DNA of 13,864 bases from Promethearchaeota archaeon (GTDB taxonomy: Archaea; Asgardarchaeota; Lokiarchaeia; Sigyniarchaeales; SOKP01): the NCBI GenBank assembly GCA_016839745.1, contig JAEOTS010000155.1, positions 1 through 13,864 of the forward strand, written 5' to 3'. Below are positions 1 through 6,738 of the stretch, in pieces. How positions within the stretch are numbered: position 1 is the first letter of the stretch; each line of letters begins with the position of its first letter. The translations under genes and the position numbers were made by a program. Under the pieces are notes generated by a model. The model did no database searches and was not told where the DNA came from. It saw only the letters and a list, made by a program, of their open reading frames with translations.

Positions 1-2
1 AA

Positions 3-209
3 ATGGCTGCATTTGCATGGAGTCCTTTACGGGCTTTAATGAAAAAGGCTGGAGCAGAAATCGTAAGTAGAGCCGCAGTAGATAAGTTAATGGACTATTT
101 AGAAGAATATGCCAAAACTTTAACTGGTTGTGCTTTAGATATCGCTAAACACTCTGGTCGTAAGAAAGTAACTCAAGCAGATATGAAAATCGCTATTAAC
201 TTAATTTAA
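3..209 (+). CDS. Archaeal histone (HMf/HMt-type histone fold)
   Basis: 68 aa that align without gaps to the HMfB pattern: PLRALMKKAGAEIVS ... LEEYA ... AKHSGRKKVTQADM (AGA loop, H49, R52, K53, D59 equivalents). The start is at the window edge, so an upstream extension cannot be excluded. Confidence 0.95.
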   Translation: MAAFAWSPLRALMKKAGAEIVSRAAVDKLMDYLEEYAKTLTGCALDIAKHSGRKKVTQADMKIAINLI

Positions 210-242
210 AGCGATTTCCTGAAAGCATAATATATTTATAAA

Positions 243-266
243 TTTTTTTTCTTTTTTTTAGTTTTT
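243..266 (+). terminator. Oligo-T archaeal terminator of the histone gene
   Basis: T8-C-T8-AG-T5 tract starting 34 nt after the histone stop, within a convergent intergenic region. Confidence 0.65.
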
Positions 267-350
267 AATCCTACAATCCTAAATTATGATGTTGTAGTAT
301 TTCTTTATTCCAACTTATTGTTCATGATATTTAGAGGTGATTATTCTAAA

Positions 351-1166
351 TTAATCATCGATCATCCTACGATGCCCAGCAGGGCATTCACCCATAGTAC
401 AATCGTAAAAACCGTCGTCATATTCTTCTCTTGCGTTATAATGTTCCCAACAGTATATTTTATCACATTTAGGACAGTACGCATCTAATCCTTCGATAGA
501 GTGATACTTTTGCATGAAATGATAAACACCTAAAAGATCTTCATTTTTCAGAATTTCGAATAGCTCATTTGCGAGATCCCTTCTTAGCGATCTGCTGTGC
601 GTAATACCACTATATACAAGCGATTCTTGTTCATCGAACCGACCATACCCTATTTTGTATTCGACAGAAATTTTACTACAGACTGAACAAGGTAAGTGAT
701 ATTCTGAATCAGAAACTTTAATAATTCTGGCGATAGGCTCTATAATTTTCTTACTTGGGGTTAAAAAATCAAATTCAAAATAAAAAGCGTTCCAGCATTT
801 TTCAAAACTAATTTCAACTTCTTTTATATGATTAGATACTAGTTCTTCTTTATAAAATTTTAATTCGCTTAGGGATTTCGCTAATCGACTTCTTGCGGCA
901 TGTAAAAAGCTTTTAGAATTATCTAAATATTTTAAATTTCCTTTTGAAGTGCTATTTAGCATTTCCCAGGCAGAAACAGTATTATAGTAGAATTCTTTTA
1001 CATCTGAAATCCACAAGTTTTTTGTTACATCGTCCAATTTCTTACGAGAAAGTAGAAAATGTATAATGCCTTCTTTTATATCCTCGAGTTCCTGAATATA
1101 ATCTCTAATCTTCCAAATTCTTCCCGCTAATTTGTCGTTTTCTTTTAACTTTTCATCATCATTCAT
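351..1166 (-). CDS. Hypothetical protein: helical N-terminal half plus Cys/His-rich, probably Zn-binding C-terminal domain
   Basis: 271-aa ORF with motifs CSVC, CPKC-x4-CWEH and CPAGH. The N-terminal half reads as amphipathic helices. Confidence 0.8.
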   Translation of the reverse strand: MNDDEKLKENDKLAGRIWKIRDYIQELEDIKEGIIHFLLSRKKLDDVTKNLWISDVKEFYYNTVSAWEMLNSTSKGNLKYLDNSKSFLHAARSRLAKSLSELKFYKEELVSNHIKEVEISFEKCWNAFYFEFDFLTPSKKIIEPIARIIKVSDSEYHLPCSVCSKISVEYKIGYGRFDEQESLVYSGITHSRSLRRDLANELFEILKNEDLLGVYHFMQKYHSIEGLDAYCPKCDKIYCWEHYNAREEYDDGFYDCTMGECPAGHRRMIDD

Positions 1167-1201
1167 AAGTTAACTCTGGCTCCGGAATCCTTTCCAATGT
1201 C

Positions 1202-1663
1202 TTACAATTCAATTATCGTTTCCTTAGGAGCTTTTTCGGCATAAAAAAAGCGCCCAGATCCCATTACATCGACATGTCTGAAAGACATTTCAAAAAAGTG
1301 GATTTGTTGAGACTTAATCTTAAATCTTAATTTTAAAGTCTTTAATTGTTGTTTGGAATATGATTCCATTATTTCCATGATCATTTTTCCTAATTCCGAA
1401 ACTATTAATTCCTCTTCTGAAGGAAAATATTGGTATTCATCGGCACCAATTGCAACATTGCCTTTATCATACTGGCCCACATGTTCCTTTGCCTTTTTTT
1501 CGTATTTGTTGAATAGGGCTAATATATTTTTTAACTTACTTATGTGAGGGTCTCCTATTTCTCCTAGGATTTCATATACTTGGCTCGGTTTTTTTAAATA
1601 ATCTTCAATAGTATCTGGTGTGATTTTTGGTTCGTAATCAGGAAATATATTTTTTTCATCCAT
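1202..1663 (-). CDS. Hypothetical protein
   Basis: 153-aa ORF with ATG start, AGGA 5-8 nt upstream on the minus strand, and a 35-nt gap to the next co-directional gene. No family recognised. Confidence 0.75.
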   Translation of the reverse strand: MDEKNIFPDYEPKITPDTIEDYLKKPSQVYEILGEIGDPHISKLKNILALFNKYEKKAKEHVGQYDKGNVAIGADEYQYFPSEEELIVSELGKMIMEIMESYSKQQLKTLKLRFKIKSQQIHFFEMSFRHVDVMGSGRFFYAEKAPKETIIEL

Positions 1664-1703
1664 AATTCCTTAAATTTCATATCAAAAATATAAATTTCTC
1701 TTA

Positions 1704-1714
1704 TTGATATAAAG
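1704..1714 (-). promoter_or_regulatory. Putative TATA box (CTTTATATCAA) for the 1663-351 gene pair
   Basis: TTTATA-type box about 41-51 nt upstream of the ATG at 1663. The same 11-mer occurs at 6586-6596 upstream of another minus-strand gene. Confidence 0.45.
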
Positions 1715-1742
1715 ATTTAAAACCGATTGTAATGATTATTTC

Positions 1743-1764
1743 TAGAAAGTAATAATTATTAAAG
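1743..1764 (+). promoter_or_regulatory. Putative BRE/TATA promoter of the GTPase gene (probably leaderless or short leader)
   Basis: Purine-rich AGAAAG followed by TAATTATTAAAG, ending about 26 nt upstream of ATG 1790. Confidence 0.4.
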
Positions 1765-1789
1765 CATTTCACATAGTTGTTGAAATTTA

Positions 1790-2368
1790 ATGTCATTTGA
1801 GCGTGAGGATCAACCCTACTATATTTTTAAAATTTGTCTGCTTGGTCAAGGAGGAGTAGGAAAGACTTGCATTGCTAGAAGACTGTGTTTTGACACTTTT
1901 GACGCCAATACACGTTTAACAATTGGGATTGACTTCTATACATATGATCTTCCTATTCTTGTTGATGGAGATGAAACATTCATAAGACTCTCTATTTGGG
2001 ATTTTGGTGGTCAAGAACAATTCAAACAAATGTTTAGCTACTACATCCATGGAGCAAATGGAATTTTTATGGTTTTTAGCTTGTTCAACCTCAATAACAC
2101 TCTGCTTGGATTGGAATGGTGGTATGAGCACCTTTTTAAACAAAAACAAAATAAAACTCCAAAGTTATTAATCGGGTGCAAAAGCGATCTAGTAAAAAAT
2201 CGAAAGAAAGTAAATGAATTAGTCATAGAAAATTTTAGAAAAAAACATGACAATGTAGAGTTTTTTAAGTCATCTGCCAAGGAAAACCATAATGTAAGAG
2301 AAATCTTTGTAGAAATGACAAGGAATATTTTAGACACTCATAGTTTTCAATACGATAAGATTCTCTAA
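1790..2368 (+). CDS. Rab-like small GTPase (Ras superfamily; eukaryotic signature protein)
   Basis: G1 GQGGVGKT, G2/RabF1 TIGIDF, RabF2/G3 RLSIWDFGGQEQF, RabF4-like YYIHGA, G4 CKSD, G5 SSAK. No C-terminal Cys prenylation motif. Confidence 0.93.
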   Translation: MSFEREDQPYYIFKICLLGQGGVGKTCIARRLCFDTFDANTRLTIGIDFYTYDLPILVDGDETFIRLSIWDFGGQEQFKQMFSYYIHGANGIFMVFSLFNLNNTLLGLEWWYEHLFKQKQNKTPKLLIGCKSDLVKNRKKVNELVIENFRKKHDNVEFFKSSAKENHNVREIFVEMTRNILDTHSFQYDKIL

Positions 2369-2447
2369 GGATTATTTGCAATGTAAACTCATTTCTAAAG
2401 TAAGTAAAATTTATGTTATTAATTCAAAAAATAAGGGGATTAGTAAA

Positions 2448-3527
2448 ATGGTGGAAGTATTTCATGAATCAGATGGTAATATAAGTCTCTTAAAATCTAA
2501 GATAATTTCCATTATCGGATACGGTAACCAAGGGCGAGCTCAGGCTCTAAATTTACGAGATACTGGTCTTAACGTGATAATAGGCAACATTGACGATAGA
2601 TATAAGAAAATAGCCGAAGAAGACGGTTTTCCCGTTTATCCAATAATAGAAGCAGTTTTAAAATCTGATATCGTTTTTCTTTTAATTCCAGACGAAATTA
2701 TGAAACCTATATTTGAAGAAGAGATTAGCAACAATCTTAAAGTCAATTCTTCCTTAGTATTTGCTAGTGGATATAACATAGGATTTAATTTGATTTCACC
2801 CCCAAATAACATAGATGTTATGCTAATAGCCCCAAGAATGATTGGAGTAGGTGTTAGAGAGAATTTCTTAAATGGTAATAGTTTTTTTAGTTTCATCGGT
2901 ATCGAACAAAATTATACTGGAAATGCTCGAGAAATCTTACTGGCGTTAGCTAAAGGGATAGGGACTTTAAAAAAAGGTGCTATTATGCTTTCATTCAAAC
3001 AAGAAGCGGAATTAGATTTATTTAACGAACAGGGATTTGGTCCTGCCTTTGGTAGGGTGTTACTTTCTGCAATTTATACTCTTATTGAAGCGGGATATCC
3101 TCCAGAAGCAGTTCTAGTGGAAATGTACATAAGTAATGAAATGTCTTACACATACAAAAAAATGGCTGATATTGGTTTAATTAAACAAGTAGATTTTCAC
3201 TCCAAGACTAGTCAATATGGAGCGATGAGTAAGGGCATTCGCTATAGAAAACTACCTCTAAAGCCTACGATGAAAGAGATATTGAAAGAAATCCAAGATG
3301 GAGAATTCACCAAAGAATGGTCAAAAAAATTAACGAAATTAAAATTTAAAGCTATCAAGTTCTTTGCTACTAAACAAAAGATTAATAAAATAGAAAGAGA
3401 AGTTAGAAAAAACCTTAATTTGAATCTTTATGATATTTACGACGCGGATTCTCCCACAAATGAGGAATTAGCTAAATTGAAAAACATAACAGATGAATTA
3501 AAACTATTTGAGCAATATTACGAGTGA
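2448..3527 (+). CDS. ilvC: Ketol-acid reductoisomerase family protein (class I, Saccharolobus IlvC2-like subgroup)
   Basis: IIGYGNQGRAQALNLRD Rossmann motif, LLIPDE, DLFNEQ metal-binding motif, GYPPE, SQYG, GEFTKEW. The likely start is ATG 2448 (AAGGGGA 9 nt upstream) rather than TTG 2376 from the ORF track. Confidence 0.9.
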   Translation: MVEVFHESDGNISLLKSKIISIIGYGNQGRAQALNLRDTGLNVIIGNIDDRYKKIAEEDGFPVYPIIEAVLKSDIVFLLIPDEIMKPIFEEEISNNLKVNSSLVFASGYNIGFNLISPPNNIDVMLIAPRMIGVGVRENFLNGNSFFSFIGIEQNYTGNAREILLALAKGIGTLKKGAIMLSFKQEAELDLFNEQGFGPAFGRVLLSAIYTLIEAGYPPEAVLVEMYISNEMSYTYKKMADIGLIKQVDFHSKTSQYGAMSKGIRYRKLPLKPTMKEILKEIQDGEFTKEWSKKLTKLKFKAIKFFATKQKINKIEREVRKNLNLNLYDIYDADSPTNEELAKLKNITDELKLFEQYYE

Positions 3528-3531
3528 GTTA

Positions 3532-4494
3532 TTATATAAGAATTACGATTACTCCTAATATCGTAGAAATTACTCCCAAAAATCCAAATTTAGTTATTCT
3601 CTCTTTATTAAACCAATATGTTAGTGGGAGTGAAAATAAAGGGCTCGCACTAGCTAATAACGACATTACAATGGCTCCGGCTGTACGGGCAGCTTCAGTA
3701 TATAGATACGCTCCTAAGGAAGTACCAATAATAGAAGCGATAAGCAAGATTAACCAAGTTTGAGAGGGTTTTCTAAATGAGCGTAGGTATTGGGAACTAT
3801 CCGCAATTCTATTTTCTCTCCAAACGATTATTACCAAAACTAATAAAGCAAATGGAAAGCGTATTACATTGCTAATAATGGAACTGATTCCATCCGTAAT
3901 TAAAATTTGATCGATTTGGTTTGTTGCGTAATCGATAATAACAAGACCAATAGCCCATCCAAGCGATGCGATTAATGCGTATCCAATGGATTTAAAAGAG
4001 GCATGAGAAGATAATTTATGAAATTGAATATTCGAATCTAGTGAATTGATACTTTCTTTTACTGCACTTTTCTTAGTTTTTCCTATTACTATAATACCTA
4101 CTCCAATAAGGACAATTGAAAGTATTATTTTATAATCAAAAGCTCGGTTGAGAAAAATCAATGAAAGAATAAATGTAAATAGGGGAAATGTCATGGAAAT
4201 TGCTAGGGCTATAGTAGTACCAAGCTCCTTTTGTGCTTGAAAATATGCTGTATCTCCAATTACTTGTCCAAAAAGAAAGCTAAGGAATAACATTATCCAT
4301 AAAGTCCATGGCAATAAGAATATTTGTGTAAAAATGCCTAAAACAACAGCTACTAATATAAAAGTTATAGTTCCAATCCCCGTACGAAAAAAATTAATGA
4401 AGGCTGGGCTTGTGTGGCTCTCAGTTCTTCGAAAGAGGACATTTGACACTACAAAAGTTAAAACTGCTAAAACTGCGATTATTTCTCCGGTCAT
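3532..4494 (-). CDS. EamA/DMT-family transporter
   Basis: 320 aa, about 10 hydrophobic segments in two repeated halves (INFFR...GDTAYF...G...FPLFT and ISNVIR...GAYLY...G...SPLFS...KERI). ATGA overlap with the upstream gene's stop at 4491-4494. Confidence 0.9.
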   Translation of the reverse strand: MTGEIIAVLAVLTFVVSNVLFRRTESHTSPAFINFFRTGIGTITFILVAVVLGIFTQIFLLPWTLWIMLFLSFLFGQVIGDTAYFQAQKELGTTIALAISMTFPLFTFILSLIFLNRAFDYKIILSIVLIGVGIIVIGKTKKSAVKESINSLDSNIQFHKLSSHASFKSIGYALIASLGWAIGLVIIDYATNQIDQILITDGISSIISNVIRFPFALLVLVIIVWRENRIADSSQYLRSFRKPSQTWLILLIASIIGTSLGAYLYTEAARTAGAIVMSLLASASPLFSLPLTYWFNKERITKFGFLGVISTILGVIVILI

Positions 4495-5927
4495 ACAGTT
4501 AAATTCCTCTTTTTTCCATATTCGGTTAGTTTTAAAAAGGATTTAGCAGCACGTTTTATGGATGGAAACAAAGTAAATCCATCACTAATCAATTTATCGT
4601 AGAATATTTGTCGAGATTTGCTAGGATAGTCTGGTAAAATAATAACAAATGTTTTGTCTAAAGATTCAACATGTGCTTTAACACCAAGTAAGTTCTTGTA
4701 ATAGTTCTTGAACCTATCTCCTTCTAGATCACTCCAAGCATCGGTTACTATCATAACAAAGTCAATATTATCATCTATCGCTGCTATACATATTTTTAAA
4801 TAAACATCATTAGATGTTAACCAAGGTAAATCTAAAGGATTGGTTAAACTTCCGATTTTAATAGGATATATATCCTTCAATTTTTCTAACTTTTCCCCTT
4901 CAAAAAGTGGTAGGCAAAAACCTAGCTCCGTCAATACATCTGTTGCTAATATTCCAAAACCTCCAGACCATAAAATGACTAAAGCATTTTTGCGTATGGG
5001 GTATTTGACTTTTTTATTTAAACCCTTAAACCTTTGGATGTGTTTTGAGAAAAGATAAACATAATCAATTAATTCGTCTATTGAAGACGGAACATCAATT
5101 ACAGGCGTTTGGTTGAAAATGGCTTTCCAAATAACATCTTTGGTTGCCAATGAACCTGTATGTGTCAAAACTGCTGATTGTCCCCTCTTGGTTCGACCCC
5201 CTCGCATAATAAGCACCGGTTTCCTCATAGATTTTAGTACTTTTAAGAACTTCTTACCTTCATTTCGATGTAAAGCCGGTAAACCTTCGAAATATACACA
5301 CACAATTTCAGTTTCGATATCATTGTTAAGATATTCTAGTAGTTCAGAAATTTGAATATCGACGCAGTTACCAATACTAACGCCTTTCGAAAATCTTAAA
5401 TTATGTCGTCGAGAACTTAGTTTGACCATTTTCGAGTGTAAATCTCCCGATTGGAAAATTAGCGCGATATCACCGCTTTCAACAGGAAAAGAAGAATAAT
5501 AAGCTATCTTTCCTTGAGGACAATATAATCCCATACAATTTGGCCCAATACCCCTAGTACCCGGTGTTTGGTCAAGGATTTCTTTGAGTTTTCTTTCAAT
5601 TATTACGCCCTCATCGTCAAATTCTCCAGTACCAGCTGTAAAGATATGGATAAATCCAATCTTCTTTTTAGATAATATCTCGGTTAAGCTATTAATCAGA
5701 TTGTCTCTCCTAACACTTAAAATTAGAAGGTCGATTTTATCAATAGGTACATCATCAATTGTTCTATAACATTTTATTCCTAAGAATTCTTCTTCTTTTG
5801 TGGAAACTATATAGAGATTTTCTAAATTGTATCCTTGTCTAAGAAACCCTTCCACAAAAAATGCTATTTTGGGTGATATCTTATAAATTAAGACTTTTTT
5901 AGGTTTAAACAGTCGTTCAAAGGACAT
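4491..5927 (-). CDS. NDP-forming acyl-CoA synthetase alpha-like subunit (CoA-binding and succinyl-CoA-ligase-like domains)
   Basis: RLFKPK N-terminus, IGPNCMG, FQSG, VSIGN, YFEG, phospho-His motif HTGSLA, SGGFG, NPLDL. The likely start is ATG 5927 (4 nt after the upstream stop) rather than GTG 5948. Confidence 0.88.
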   Translation of the reverse strand: MSFERLFKPKKVLIYKISPKIAFFVEGFLRQGYNLENLYIVSTKEEEFLGIKCYRTIDDVPIDKIDLLILSVRRDNLINSLTEILSKKKIGFIHIFTAGTGEFDDEGVIIERKLKEILDQTPGTRGIGPNCMGLYCPQGKIAYYSSFPVESGDIALIFQSGDLHSKMVKLSSRRHNLRFSKGVSIGNCVDIQISELLEYLNNDIETEIVCVYFEGLPALHRNEGKKFLKVLKSMRKPVLIMRGGRTKRGQSAVLTHTGSLATKDVIWKAIFNQTPVIDVPSSIDELIDYVYLFSKHIQRFKGLNKKVKYPIRKNALVILWSGGFGILATDVLTELGFCLPLFEGEKLEKLKDIYPIKIGSLTNPLDLPWLTSNDVYLKICIAAIDDNIDFVMIVTDAWSDLEGDRFKNYYKNLLGVKAHVESLDKTFVIILPDYPSKSRQIFYDKLISDGFTLFPSIKRAAKSFLKLTEYGKKRNLTV

Positions 5928-5931
5928 AATT

Positions 5932-6552
5932 TCATTTCGTTTTTCCACTATTTTCCCCTAATTCGTTAGTTATTAAGTTATTACAGTTAAAACAGTATTT
6001 AGGAATTGAATCGAATTGAGTTCCGCATATCGGACATTCTATTCTATTTAGAGCTTCGATTTGTTTTAAATTATCTGTTTCTGTATTATTTCTAAAACTT
6101 TTAATGAATTTTAAAATTAATGATAACGCAATAGACTCAATAACTAAAATTAGACCTAATATAATGGTATTAATAATAAAGGTCGGGAAAAGAGCATTAA
6201 AATTCATTTCTGAATATCGCCAATAGAATACATAAAAGAAAAAGTTAGGAAAAAAAAAAGTGGTTAAATTCATAGAATAAGCTTTTTTAAAATCGTTAAA
6301 AATGAAAATGGGTATCAAAGATACAATAATCCAAGTAAGATTGATATATACAAAACCAAAACTATTGTTATACATGATAAAGCTTGCGAGAAATTGAATA
6401 ACAAATTGTTGTTCACCCGCTCTAGGGTCTGTGCTTAAATCGAATTCAATTTGAAACTCATATTTAAATATAACAACAAAACTAATTAGCATGAATATTT
6501 GAATGCAAAAAAGCACTAATTTGCTTTTAAACAAGTTTCTTTTCTTCATCAT
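5932..6552 (-). CDS. Membrane protein (about 4 TM helices) with C-terminal zinc ribbon
   Basis: Four hydrophobic stretches followed by CPICG-x9-CFNC. Confidence 0.8.
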   Translation of the reverse strand: MMKKRNLFKSKLVLFCIQIFMLISFVVIFKYEFQIEFDLSTDPRAGEQQFVIQFLASFIMYNNSFGFVYINLTWIIVSLIPIFIFNDFKKAYSMNLTTFFFPNFFFYVFYWRYSEMNFNALFPTFIINTIILGLILVIESIALSLILKFIKSFRNNTETDNLKQIEALNRIECPICGTQFDSIPKYCFNCNNLITNELGENSGKTK

Positions 6553-6585
6553 TAAATTATTAAATACATCAATAAAATATACTAT

Positions 6586-6596
6586 TTGATATAAAG
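6586..6596 (-). promoter_or_regulatory. Putative TATA box (CTTTATATCAA) for the minus-strand three-gene unit
   Basis: 34-44 nt upstream of the start at 6552; identical to the 11-mer at 1704-1714. Confidence 0.45.
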
Positions 6597-6627
6597 TAAT
6601 AAAAGAAAGGATAAAAAAATGCCTAAT

Positions 6628-6645
6628 CCGAAAAATTTTTAATAT
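6628..6645 (+). promoter_or_regulatory. BRE-TATA promoter of rpoA1
   Basis: CCGAAAAA followed by TTTTTAATA matches the archaeal BRE plus TATA layout. An SD-like GAGGGTG lies at 6722-6728. Confidence 0.6.
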
Positions 6646-6738
6646 TTGCTTGCCTTTTTTCTTTATAGTGCAGAACTTGTTATCTTATTCTATATCGCTT
6701 TATTCTATTAGTTTATTAATTGAGGGTGTTTTGGGTTT

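Noticed and set aside
322-361. SECIS-like element (AUGA followed by a stem)
   Set aside because: The 3' arm lacks the GA needed for the kink-turn quartet, there is no apical AA motif, and no in-frame TGA selenoprotein candidate lies nearby.
2376-2447. N-terminal extension of IlvC from TTG 2376
   Set aside because: Family similarity begins at MVEVFHESD (ATG 2448, with an SD). The upstream stretch looks like AT-rich promoter DNA.
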